In this document: positions 42,457 to 52,107 of the stretch, piece by piece | How positions within the stretch are numbered: position 1 is the stretch's first letter | How the letters are laid out: each line of letters starts with the position of its first letter | Source: an uncultured Chloroflexia bacterium | GTDB taxonomy: Bacteria > Chloroflexota > Dehalococcoidia > UBA2979 | Direction: 5' to 3' | Length of the DNA stretch: 64,000 bases | Assembly (NCBI GenBank): GCA_963728205.1 | Contig: CAVSIV010000004.1 | Location: 1 to 64,000 of the forward strand | The notes under the pieces: model-generated | What the model was told of the DNA's origin: nothing | Database searches by the model: none | The model's input: the letters and a program-made list of their open reading frames with translations, nothing else | Translations under genes and position numbers: made by a program

Positions 42457-43250
42457 TGCCGAGCGACACGCTGCGCTTCGAGGTCGACGATGGCGTCGCG
42501 CTGATCACGCTCCACCGCCCCGAGGCGCTGAACGCGCTGAACGCCGAGCTCGTGCGCGCGCTGATCGAGGCGCTGCACACGGTGCGCTCCGACGACGCGA
42601 TTCGCGTCGCGATCCTCACCGGCGAGGGGCGCGCGTTCAGCGCCGGCGCCGACCTCAAGGAGCGCGCGACGGGCGACAACCGCGGCGCCGGCAACAACTC
42701 GCCGGGCGAGTTCTTCGCCGCCGACCCGCCCGATGCCTACGCCACCTTCAACCCCGGCAAGCCGACCATCGCCGCAATCGGCGGCTTCTGCCTCGCCGGC
42801 GGACTCGAGCTCGCCCTCACCTGCGACGTCCGCATCGCCGCCGACGACGCGCGCTTCGGCCTGCCCGAGATCACGCGCGGCTTCTTCCCCGGCGCCGGCG
42901 GCCCGCAGCGGCTGCCGCGCATGATCCCGCAGGCGCTCGCCATGGAGATGCTGCTCACCGGCGACCCGATCGACGCGGAGCACGCGCTCCGCGTCGGACT
43001 CGTCAGCCGCGTCGTCCCGCGCGCGGAGCTGCTCGCCGAGGCGACGCGCATCGCGCGGCGCATCGCGTCGCACGCGCCGCTCGCCGTGCGCGCGGTGCGC
43101 GAGCTCGCCTACGCGACTGACGACCTCACGCTCGCGCAGGCGATGCGCTTCGGGGGGTCGCTGCGGTCGATCATCGGGCAGACCGAGGACGCGCTCGAAG
43201 GCCCGCGCGCCTTCGCCGAGAAGCGCGAGCCGAAGTACCGCGGCCGCTAG
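42456..43250 (+). CDS. Enoyl-CoA hydratase/isomerase family
   Basis: AFSAGADL, KPTIAAIGGFCLAGGLEL, FGLPE, EGPRAFAEKREP. Confidence 0.93.
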   Translation: MPSDTLRFEVDDGVALITLHRPEALNALNAELVRALIEALHTVRSDDAIRVAILTGEGRAFSAGADLKERATGDNRGAGNNSPGEFFAADPPDAYATFNPGKPTIAAIGGFCLAGGLELALTCDVRIAADDARFGLPEITRGFFPGAGGPQRLPRMIPQALAMEMLLTGDPIDAEHALRVGLVSRVVPRAELLAEATRIARRIASHAPLAVRAVRELAYATDDLTLAQAMRFGGSLRSIIGQTEDALEGPRAFAEKREPKYRGR

Positions 43251-43334
43251 CCGCCGGGAGGCTGGCTTCGAGCGGCGCCTGCTCAAGTCGCTGCGCCGCA
43301 TGACGCGGGCGCCACGGGCGCGCGAGCGTGGGGG

Positions 43335-44009
43335 TCAGGGCTGCGCCGGCGGCTCGTCGATGTGGTGCAGCCGCATCGTGCGCGCGCGGTGGGCGTGGCG
43401 GCGCAGCGCGAGCAGGATCGGCTCGAAGAGCACGGTGCCGAGCACGGCCGACTTCACGGCGTCCGCACGCCCGTCGCGCAGATCCCGCAGATCCAGCCCG
43501 CGCGGGATCATCTCGAACTCGAACCGCGAGATCTCCCACGCCGCGCGCGCGTACGGCTCGAGCGAGCTGGCGGGGAAGTCGGCCCACGCGTAGCGCCGGA
43601 TCTTCAGCAGCGCGTCGGCGATCTCGCGCTCGAAGACGGCCTCGTCGCCCGGCGCCGTCCACGGGAGCGAGTCGAGGAAGGCACGCACCTCGGCGCGCGT
43701 CGCTCGCTCCTCGTCACTCTCGTCGGCGTCCGCGTGCTTCGCGTAGATCGCCTCGAACGCGACCTCGAGCGGGTGCGCCTCGCGGCCCGGCGCGTCGATG
43801 CCGCGCAGGACGTGGCGTGTGACCTCCACGCTCAGTCCGCCGACTTCGCGCAGCGCACGGATCAGGTCGAGCCGCTCGAGGTGTGCCTTGCTGTACTCCG
43901 CCTGGTTCGGGCCGCGTCGTTCGCCCGGCGGGAGCAAGTCCTCGCGGATGTAGAACTTGATCGACGAGATCGGCACGCCGGAGCGGCGGCTGAGCTCGGA
44001 GATACGCAC
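43335..44009 (-). CDS. MerR family transcriptional regulator
   Basis: RISELSRRSGVPISSIKFYIREDLLPPG...NQAEYSKAHLERL. Confidence 0.9.
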   Translation of the reverse strand: MRISELSRRSGVPISSIKFYIREDLLPPGERRGPNQAEYSKAHLERLDLIRALREVGGLSVEVTRHVLRGIDAPGREAHPLEVAFEAIYAKHADADESDEERATRAEVRAFLDSLPWTAPGDEAVFEREIADALLKIRRYAWADFPASSLEPYARAAWEISRFEFEMIPRGLDLRDLRDGRADAVKSAVLGTVLFEPILLALRRHAHRARTMRLHHIDEPPAQP

Positions 44010-44138
44010 GGGCCGGTCCCCCTTCGCGCCTCCGTAAGTCGGTTGCACAGATACTAGGAGTATCGAGCCCCGACGGATTGTCCGCGGAATGACACACTGC
44101 GCGATGCCGCAGATCCGCCGAGAGCGTCCCGCATCCCC

Positions 44139-45716
44139 TCAGAGCCCGTAGGCTGCGCCGTCCGCGCGCACCCACTCGCCGACCCGCTCGCCGATCATGA
44201 TCGACGTCAGGTTGGTGTTGGCTCGCGGCACGCTCGGCATGATCGACGCGTCCGCGACGACCAGCCCGTCGACGCCGTGCATGCGGCCGCGCTGGTCGAC
44301 GACCGCGCCGCCATCGCTCGCCGGCCCCATCTTCGCCGTGCCACACGGGTGGTAGCCGCTGCCGGCGAGCCGGCGCAGCAGCCGCGCGATGTCGTCGTCG
44401 GCGGGCTCGCCGCGCGAGGCGTCGGGGAACACGACGTGCGAGACGAGGTCGGCGAGCGGCCGCGTGCGCGTGAACGCGAGCGTGTCCTTGAAGCACGCGA
44501 CGAGCCGGCGGGTGTCGCGTTCGTCCTCGCAGAAGCGCTGCTCGATCACCGGCTTCGCGTGCGGGTCGGCCGACTCCAGGCGCACGGCGCCGCGGCCGTA
44601 CGACTGCTCGAGCACCGCCGCGATCGCGAGCGTGCCGCCGTCGGCCGTGCCGCCGTCGGCCGCGCCGCCGGCGCGCCGCGACGACCAGGTCAGCAGCTCG
44701 ATCTGCAGGTCGTTGCGGTGCTCGCTGCCGGGCGCCGTGTAGCGGAGGATCGTCTGGATCAGGGGCAGGCCCTCGTCGGCGACCGCGCCGTCCTTCACCG
44801 CGCACACGACCGACAGCGCGGGGTGGTCGCAGAGGTTCGCGCCGACGCCCGGCACGTCGCGCACGACGTCGACGCCGAGCCGCTCGAGGTCCGCGCGCGG
44901 ACCGAGCCCGGACCGCAGCAGCACCGCCGGCGACTGGATCGCGCCGGCCGAGAGCACGAACAGGCGTCCGCGCACCACCTCGACGGCGCCGTCGCGCTCG
45001 ACCTCCACGCCCGTGACGCGGCCACGCTCGACGATGAACCGCCGCGTGTGCGTGTCGCCGCGGATCTCGAGATTGGCGCGGATCCGCGCCGGCGCGAGGT
45101 ACCCGACGGCCGTGGAGACGCGCAGCCGGCCCAGCTTGTTCATCGGGTGCGGGCCCGCGCCCCAGCCGTCGGGGTCGTTGGCGTCGGGGCAATCGGGGTA
45201 GCCGAGCGCGCGCGACGTCTCGAGGAACGCCTGGTGCGAGGCGGTCAGCTCGTCCCACGGGTAGCGGCGGATCGTGATCGGTCCGGCGTCGCCGTGGTAC
45301 GGCCGGTCGCCGAAGTCCAGGTCGCGCTCGAGGCGCCGGAACGCGGGGAGGACGCGCTCCCACGCCCACTCGTCGTTGCCCTCGGCGGCCCAGCCGTCGT
45401 AGTCCTCCGGCATGCCGCGCAACGCGATGGTGGTGTTCACCGCGCTGGAGCCGCCGGTGACGCGGCCGCGCGGAAACGGACCGGATCGCCCCTCCGCCGT
45501 CGGCCGGTAGTCGAAGTGCCAGTCGTGGGCCTCGGTCGAGTTGTGGTGGCCGTTCACGAGGTCGTCCGGCGTGTCGCGCACGAGCGGGTAGTCCGGTCCC
45601 GCTTCGAGGAGCAGCACCGAGCAGTTGGGATCCTCCGAGGCCCGAGCGGCGATCACGGCCCCCGCCGACCCCGCGCCCACGATCACGACGTCGTACAGCG
45701 GCCCGCTCGCGTTCAC
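44139..45716 (-). CDS. GMC family oxidoreductase (choline dehydrogenase-like)
   Basis: DVVIVGAGSAG, RGRVTGGSSAVN, GANLCDHP, YHPCGTAKMG, VADASIMP...ANTN. Confidence 0.94.
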   Translation of the reverse strand: MNASGPLYDVVIVGAGSAGAVIAARASEDPNCSVLLLEAGPDYPLVRDTPDDLVNGHHNSTEAHDWHFDYRPTAEGRSGPFPRGRVTGGSSAVNTTIALRGMPEDYDGWAAEGNDEWAWERVLPAFRRLERDLDFGDRPYHGDAGPITIRRYPWDELTASHQAFLETSRALGYPDCPDANDPDGWGAGPHPMNKLGRLRVSTAVGYLAPARIRANLEIRGDTHTRRFIVERGRVTGVEVERDGAVEVVRGRLFVLSAGAIQSPAVLLRSGLGPRADLERLGVDVVRDVPGVGANLCDHPALSVVCAVKDGAVADEGLPLIQTILRYTAPGSEHRNDLQIELLTWSSRRAGGAADGGTADGGTLAIAAVLEQSYGRGAVRLESADPHAKPVIEQRFCEDERDTRRLVACFKDTLAFTRTRPLADLVSHVVFPDASRGEPADDDIARLLRRLAGSGYHPCGTAKMGPASDGGAVVDQRGRMHGVDGLVVADASIMPSVPRANTNLTSIMIGERVGEWVRADGAAYGL

Positions 45717-45782
45717 CTCGGCCTCCTTCGCCCCGCGCGAGTCTAAGGGGCGCCGCGCTCGCGACGCGCTATGCTCCCGCGC

Positions 45783-47369
45783 ATGCCCGCGTTCGATCTG
45801 CTCATCCGCGGCGGCACCGTCTTCGACGGCACGGGCGCCCCCGGGCGCACGGCCGACGTCGGCGTGCGCGACGGGCGCATCGCCGCGGTGGAGGCGCTCG
45901 GCGGCGCGGAGGCGGCGCGGGTGATCGACGCGGCGGGGCTCGCGGTCACGCCCGGGTTCATCGACACGCACGCGCACTCGGACGGCGCGCTGCTCGTCGA
46001 CCCGCAGCACGCCAACGGCATCCGCCAGGGCATCACGACCGAGATCGTCACGCAGGACGGGATGGGCTTCGCGCCGCTCGACGCCGACCAGTACCGCGCC
46101 CACCGCCGCTACCTGTCGGGCATTCTCGGCTTCCCGCCCGAGGACCTCGACATGTCGAGCATCGCCGCGCTCCGCGCGCACTACGACGGCCGCGTGGCGT
46201 GCAACGTGGGCGTGCTCGTGCCGCACGGGGCCCTGCGCTTCGCGGTCGCGGGCTTCCACGACGTCCCGCTGCGCGGCGACCTGCTGGAACGCGCGAAGCG
46301 ACTCGTGCGGGAAGGCATGGAGCAGGGCGCGCTCGGCCTGTCGACCGGACTCTCGTACTACCCGCAGTCGTACAGCGACACGGACGAGCTGGTCGCGCTG
46401 TGCGAGGTCGTCGCCGAGCACGGCGGGGTCTTCGTGATCCACGTGCGCAACCACAACGTCGACCGCGCCGCCGCCGGCGGCGGCGTCGGCGAGGCGCTGG
46501 AGGTCGGACGGCGGAGCGGCGTGAAGGTGCACGTCTCGCACTTCAAGACCGCGCCGGCGACGGCCGGCGGCGTCGACGCGCTGATGGCGCCGGTCGACGC
46601 CGCGAAGGCGGCGGGCGTCGACGTCACGCTCGAGTGCTATCCCTACCCGGTCGGCTCCACCGTGCCCGGCTACTTCCTCCCCGGCGCGCTGCACGAGGGC
46701 GGCGCCGACGCCCTGCTCGCCCGCCTCGCCACGCCGGCTGGCCGCGCCGCGGCAATCGAGGGCTTCCGCACGCTCTTCCCCGGCGCGCTCCAGACCGCCT
46801 GCTGGACGCACGTCGCGTCCGACGCCAACCGCGCACTGGAGGGCCTCGCCTTCACCGACGCCGCGGCGCTGCGCGGCCAGCAGATCGAGGAGATGGTGTG
46901 CGACGTGATGCGCGAAGAGCGCCTCGCGTGCGGATTCCGCTACATCCCGACCGGCAGCGTCGCGACCTGGCGCCGGCTCGACGACGACGTGATGCGCCTG
47001 CTCGACCGCGACGACTACATGGTCGGCAGCGACGCGATCCCGCACGGCGGCCTGCCGCACCCGCGCGCGTACGGCTGCTTCCCGCGCGTGCTCGGCCGGC
47101 TGCGGCGGCGCCACAGCGTCCCGCTCGAGCGGCTGCTCCCGCACGTGACGTCGATCCCGGCGCGGCGCTTCGGGCTCGCCGGGCGCGGCATGGTCGCGCC
47201 GGGTGCCGTGGCGGACCTGGTCGTGTTCGACCCGGAGCGGATCGTGGACCTGGCAACGTTCGAGGACCCGAAGGTGCACCCCGCCGGTATCCCGTATGTC
47301 GTGGTGAACGGGCGGCTTGCGGTGGAGGCGGAGGAGTGCACCGGCGTGCTCGCGGGGCGAGCGGTCTGA
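45783..47369 (+). CDS. N-acyl-D-amino-acid deacylase (D-aminoacylase) family
   Basis: PGFIDTHAHSD, GLSTGLSY, HVRN, HVSHFK, GSD, HPRAYGCFPRVL. Confidence 0.92.
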   Translation: MPAFDLLIRGGTVFDGTGAPGRTADVGVRDGRIAAVEALGGAEAARVIDAAGLAVTPGFIDTHAHSDGALLVDPQHANGIRQGITTEIVTQDGMGFAPLDADQYRAHRRYLSGILGFPPEDLDMSSIAALRAHYDGRVACNVGVLVPHGALRFAVAGFHDVPLRGDLLERAKRLVREGMEQGALGLSTGLSYYPQSYSDTDELVALCEVVAEHGGVFVIHVRNHNVDRAAAGGGVGEALEVGRRSGVKVHVSHFKTAPATAGGVDALMAPVDAAKAAGVDVTLECYPYPVGSTVPGYFLPGALHEGGADALLARLATPAGRAAAIEGFRTLFPGALQTACWTHVASDANRALEGLAFTDAAALRGQQIEEMVCDVMREERLACGFRYIPTGSVATWRRLDDDVMRLLDRDDYMVGSDAIPHGGLPHPRAYGCFPRVLGRLRRRHSVPLERLLPHVTSIPARRFGLAGRGMVAPGAVADLVVFDPERIVDLATFEDPKVHPAGIPYVVVNGRLAVEAEECTGVLAGRAV

Positions 47370-47500
47370 CGGCTGCGATCGTCACCGCATCGGCCGGCCC
47401 GCGGCGGCTTCCCGGCCCGCCTCCGGATACCGCCTGACGACGCCGCCGGGCCTGGAGCGACCGGTGCCTCGTCCGCCCGCGTCCCCGGTCCCGCTCGGAG

Positions 47501-47516
47501 CGTGACAATCGTCACT
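47501..47516. promoter_or_regulatory. CRP/FNR-like palindrome upstream of the collagen-like gene
   Basis: cGTGAcaatcgTCACt (GTGA-N6-TCAC). Confidence 0.35.
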
Positions 47517-47658
47517 TGCCCGCCGGGGCGCGTGGCCCGACAAGGAGCGTCCAAGGTCCCGGCCGTATTCGTCGCGCGTGCGGGGTGATGTCCTGCGCTC
47601 GCGGCGGCCTCCCTCGGCGGCCCGCCACTGACGTCCACTGGAATCACGAGGAGGCCCC

Positions 47659-48861
47659 ATGCCAGGGCTCACCGCTTCGCACCCGCGTCGACGCGCGCTC
47701 CTGCACTTCGTGCTGGGCGCAGGGGCCGTGCTGCTGCTCGGCGGCGGCTTCCAGCTCGTGAGCACGGCGTTCGCGCGGACGCCCACGCTCATCAGCGCCT
47801 GCTACCGCGTGGGCGGCGGGTCGAACGAGGGCGCCATGCGCCTCGTGAGCGCGTCGACCGCCTGCCGCAAGGACGAGTCGCTCGTCCAGTGGAACCAGGT
47901 CGGGCCGCAGGGCGAGGCCGGCCCGCAGGGTGACGCCGGGCCGCAGGGTGACGCCGGGCCTCAGGGCCCGAAGGGCCTGCCGGGCGAGCGAGGTGCGAAC
48001 GGAGCGCCAGGTCCGGCCGGGCCGCAGGGGCCCGACGGTGTGCAGGGCGTCATGGGCCTGCCCGGGACTCCCGGCGCGGCGGGCGCCACAGGGGCTCAGG
48101 GTCTACCGGGTCCGATGGGTCCCGCGGGGACGCTGGCCGCGCAGGGCTGCCCGGGAGGTCAGTTCGTCGTCGGCGTCGATCCGGGCGGGACGCTGATCTG
48201 CATGATGCCGGGCACACTCCCCGGCACGGGTGGTGGACCCGTCGTCCTGCTGGCAATCGAACAGCTCGGGTTGAACACGATCCTCGACGGCTCCGCGCTC
48301 GACTTCCGGGTGACAAACGTTGGCGACGTGACGGAGAGCTCGATCGCGGTCTCGCTCTCGGACATGGCGGCCTTCACCCTCTCGAGCAACACCTGCAGCG
48401 CGGCGCCGCTTGAGCCACACGGGACGTGCACGTTCACGGTGGCATTCAATGCATTGCCAGGGACGACGAGCGCCGACACGACGTTGACGGTGTCGCCCAG
48501 CGGCGGCGTGGCAGAGACGTTTGCGCTGCTCGGCGTCGTCCCGCGCGCGGTGCTGTTCCTCGACCCGGGTGGTGCGGGTGCGATGACGCCGGACGCGCCA
48601 GTTCACTTCATCCTGTCCAACACGGGGAACGCTCCCACAGGATCGCTCATCATCGGATCGCCCCATCCGCTGTTCTCGATGTCGAACAACACCTGCGCTG
48701 CCGGGCTTGCTCCGACAGAAGTGTGCTCGTTCGATCTGACATTCACTGCGCCGCCGACGGCGCCGCCGGGCGGCGTCACGTACTCGACACTCGTCGTCAC
48801 GCCGCGGGGCTCGGGTCAGGTGATCATCGCGGGGATTGGCGGTGTGTCGCCGTCGCCATAG
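47659..48861 (+). CDS. Secreted collagen-like protein with two Ig-like C-terminal repeats
   Basis: RRR plus hydrophobic signal; ISACY...C...WNQ domain; 26 G-X-Y triplets; two F.(V/L).N.G...SNTC/NNTC...L.P...C.F...F repeats. Confidence 0.85.
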   Translation: MPGLTASHPRRRALLHFVLGAGAVLLLGGGFQLVSTAFARTPTLISACYRVGGGSNEGAMRLVSASTACRKDESLVQWNQVGPQGEAGPQGDAGPQGDAGPQGPKGLPGERGANGAPGPAGPQGPDGVQGVMGLPGTPGAAGATGAQGLPGPMGPAGTLAAQGCPGGQFVVGVDPGGTLICMMPGTLPGTGGGPVVLLAIEQLGLNTILDGSALDFRVTNVGDVTESSIAVSLSDMAAFTLSSNTCSAAPLEPHGTCTFTVAFNALPGTTSADTTLTVSPSGGVAETFALLGVVPRAVLFLDPGGAGAMTPDAPVHFILSNTGNAPTGSLIIGSPHPLFSMSNNTCAAGLAPTEVCSFDLTFTAPPTAPPGGVTYSTLVVTPRGSGQVIIAGIGGVSPSP

Positions 48862-48934
48862 TTGACGCGCGCCTGCGGGTGCCGCGCGCGCAACCGGCAC
48901 GTTCACCACGCGTCGCTCGAAGCGGACTCGGCGG

Positions 48935-50212
48935 TTAGCCGGCAGCGCTCGGGTGCGGGTGGGACTCCCGCACCGCGCCGTTGACCGGCGCGTGGCCGTT
49001 CGCCGACGGCGCTCGGCCGTTCGACTCCACGATGCGGATGCCCGCCTCGCTCGTCGGGTCGACGGCAAGGGTGGTGCTTCCGCGCAGCCAGTCGAGCATC
49101 GCGCCGCCGGCCAGCTCGCGGCGCCAGCCGCGCAGCAGCGGGAGGTCGGGCTCCTCCTGGTGGTCGCCCGTGAGCCACCACGCGACGAGCGTGTCGATGT
49201 CGCTGCGCGTCGCGACGAAGCGCGGCGCGATATTGGCGTCGCGGCAACCGGCCTGCACGATGCCGCTGAGGATCGCCGGCCAGGCGCGGCCGTACGGCGG
49301 CACCGCCGGGCGCTTCGGCTCGGCGGGCGGCGGGTCCTCGAGGCCCTCGTTGATCGCCTGCAGCAGCGCGCGGCCGTAGCGCTGCACCGTGCCCTCTCCG
49401 AGCCCGCGGACCTCGCGCATCGCGGCCTCGTCCTCAGGGGGACGACGGCAGAGTTCGAGCATCGTGCGGTCGTTCATGATCCAGGAGGGCGGCCGGTTGG
49501 CGCGCAGCGCCTCGCGCTCGCGCCAGGCCGCGACGGCGCGCAGCGCGCCCTGCGAGCGCCGGCGCAGGCCGTTCCAGCCGCGCACGCGCCGGTACATCTG
49601 CTCGGGCGGCACGCGCTCGGCCCATGTCTCCGCAAGCCGGTCCGACTCCTCGGCGACCCACGTCAGGCGCCCGCGCCCTTGGAGGTCGTTGCGCAGCGCC
49701 TGCCATACGCGCGGCAAGTAGCGCACGTCGTCCAGGGCGTAGTGGACCTGGTCCTCGGACAGCGGGCGGCGCGACCACTCCGTGAACTGCGCGCTCTTGT
49801 CGAGCCGCACGCCGCACACGCGCTCGACCAGTGCCGCGTATCCGACCTGGTCGCCCATGCCGAGGAACGCGGCGGCAATCTGCGTGTCGAAGACGTTCTG
49901 CCCGCGAATCGCGAACTGCTGGCCAATCAGCGCGAGGTCCGCCTGCCCGGAGTGCAGCACCGTGAGGATGTCGCCCTTGCCGACGAGCTGGAGCACCGGC
50001 AGCGGATCGACCCGCAGCGGATCGATGGCCGCGACCTGCGGCTCGTCGGTGTCGCCCCAGCCGACCTGCACGAGCGACAGCTCCGCGACGTAGCGGCCGT
50101 CGGTCATGAACTCCAGGTCGAGCACGAACTCACCCGCCGACTCAACCGCGGCAGCGATCTCTGCGACGCGGGCCTGATCGGTAACGGGATATTCGCCGGG
50201 ATCGAGGGTCAT
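48935..50212 (-). CDS. rnd: Ribonuclease D
   Basis: LDLEF, FDTQIAA, LDKSAQFTEWSRRPLS...YALDDV, HRDC (WREREA...NRPP), GWRREL. Confidence 0.92.
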   Translation of the reverse strand: MTLDPGEYPVTDQARVAEIAAAVESAGEFVLDLEFMTDGRYVAELSLVQVGWGDTDEPQVAAIDPLRVDPLPVLQLVGKGDILTVLHSGQADLALIGQQFAIRGQNVFDTQIAAAFLGMGDQVGYAALVERVCGVRLDKSAQFTEWSRRPLSEDQVHYALDDVRYLPRVWQALRNDLQGRGRLTWVAEESDRLAETWAERVPPEQMYRRVRGWNGLRRRSQGALRAVAAWREREALRANRPPSWIMNDRTMLELCRRPPEDEAAMREVRGLGEGTVQRYGRALLQAINEGLEDPPPAEPKRPAVPPYGRAWPAILSGIVQAGCRDANIAPRFVATRSDIDTLVAWWLTGDHQEEPDLPLLRGWRRELAGGAMLDWLRGSTTLAVDPTSEAGIRIVESNGRAPSANGHAPVNGAVRESHPHPSAAG

Positions 50213-50456
50213 TGCGTCTACGATACGACATCAGGCCATTAAGGCGGAGCACCGGCAGGCTTCACGGAGTCGGAGAGCGCACCAAACCTGTAGGGCGGCG
50301 AACAATCTGCACATGCGCATAAGCAGCAGCACCGACACGCATCGCGTGCGTTATCATCGATCCGCCGAACGTCCGCCGGGCGGCTCTGGACGCTCGACGT
50401 AGCCCGTACAATCCCCCGCGCCGCAACCACCCAGCCCGCCGCCGGAGGAATGCCCC

Positions 50457-51537
50457 ATGAAGGCCGCCGTGTTCCGCGAGGTGAAGCAGCCGCTGACCAT
50501 CGAGGACATCGAGATCGACACGCCACGCGACCGCGAGGTGCTCGTCCGAACCGTCGCGAGCGGCGTCTGCCACAGCGACCTGCACTTCATCGAGGGCCTC
50601 TACCCGATGAAGACGCCAGCGCTGCTCGGCCACGAGGCCGCCGGCATCGTGGAGCAGGTTGGCCCGAGACGTCACCGAGTTCAAGGCCGGCGACCACGTG
50701 ATTGCCTGCCTCTCGGTGTTCTGCGGCCACTGCGAGCGCTGCCTCAGCGGCGAAACGCACCTCTGCCGTAACCGCCCGGCGCGCGGCGCCGACGAGCCCC
50801 CGCGCCTGAGCACGCAGGGCCAGCCCGTGACGCAGTTCGCGAGCATCGGGTCGTACGCCGAGCGCATGCTGCTGCATGAGAACGGCATCGTGAAGATCGA
50901 CGACGACATGCCGTTCGCGCAGGCCGCGCTGATCGGCTGCGGCGTGACCACGGGCGTGGGCGCGGCGCTGAAGACGGCGAAGGTGGAGCCGGGTTCGACC
51001 GTGGCGGTGTTCGGCGCCGGCGGCGTCGGCCTGTCCGCGATCCAGGGCGCCCGCATCGCCGGCGCGCGCATGATCATTGCCGTCGACATGGTCGAGCACA
51101 AACTCGCCACGGCCCGCGAGCTCGGCGCCACGCACGCCGTCGACGCATCGATCCAGGACCCGGTGGACAAGATCCGCGAGCTCACCGGCGGCGGCGTCGA
51201 CTACTCGTTCGAGGCGATCGGCCTGAAGAAGGTCGCCGAGCAGTGCTTCGAGGCGATCCGGCCGGGCGGCACGGCGACGATCATCGGGATGATCCCCGTC
51301 GGCGAGAAGGTCGAGATCCCGGGCTCGGCGCTGCTCAGCGAGAAGAAGCTGCAGGGCAGCAGCATGGGCTCGAACTCGTTCAAGGTGGACATGCCGAAGT
51401 ACATCGAGCTGTACCGCCAGGGCCGCCTGCGGCTCGACGAGATGGTGACGAAGCGGGCGCCGCTCGAGGACATCAACAACCGTTTCACCGCGATGAAGAA
51501 CGGCGAGGTCGCGCGCAGCGTGATCATGTTCGAATAG
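50457..51537 (+). CDS. Zn-dependent alcohol dehydrogenase; frameshift at about 50668
   Basis: GVCHSDLH, GHEAAG, CGHCERC...C, GCGVTTG, GAGGVG. Confidence 0.9.
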
Positions 51538-51635
51538 GCCGGAGCGCGAGGCGCCGGGGTGTTGGGCCCCTGCGCGTCTCGAGGCGGCGTCATGAGGGGC
51601 GGCTCTGCAGGCCGCCCCTCTGTCCGCCCTCCCCC

Positions 51636-52093
51636 GCGGCGGCAGACACGCCGCCGATACCATCGCCGGCATCCGCCGGCGCCCACAGCGGCGGCAGACA
51701 CGCCGCCGACACCATCGCCGGCATCCGCCGGCGCCCACAGCGGCGGCAGACACGCCGCCGACACCATCGCCGGCATCCGCCGGCGCCCACAGCGGCGGCG
51801 GACACGCCGCCGATACCATCGCCGGCGTCCGCCGGCGCCCACAGCGGCGGCAGACACGCCGCCGACACCATCGCCGGCACCGCCGGCGCCCACAGCGGCG
51901 GCAGACACGCCGCCGACACCATCGCCGGCATCCGCCGGCGCCCGCAGCGGCGGCGGACACGCCGCCGACACCATCGCCGGCATCCGCCGGCGCCACAGCG
52001 GCGGCAGACACGCCGCCGACACCATCGCCGGCACCAGCCGGCGCCCACAGCGGCGGCAGACACGCCGCCGACACCATCGCCGGCACCAGCCGG
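51636..52093 (+). repeat. Tandem array of nine 51-52 bp units containing the REP-like palindrome
   Basis: Unit gcggcggcagacacgccgccgacaccatcgccggcatccgccggcgcccaca starting at 51636, 51688, 51740, 51792, 51844, 51895, 51947, 51998 and 52050 (last unit truncated). Confidence 0.95.
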
Positions 52094-52107
52094 CCGGAGG
52101 ACCGCAG

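Noticed and set aside
51636-52093. CRISPR array
   Set aside because: The 'spacers' are essentially identical, there are no cas genes, and the unit recurs across the window as a REP-like element.
51559-52107. N-terminal repeat extension of the serine hydrolase
   Set aside because: The 52-bp period is not a multiple of 3. The RBS and ATG at 52108 match the paralog's start (MTTVDV / MTTTDV).
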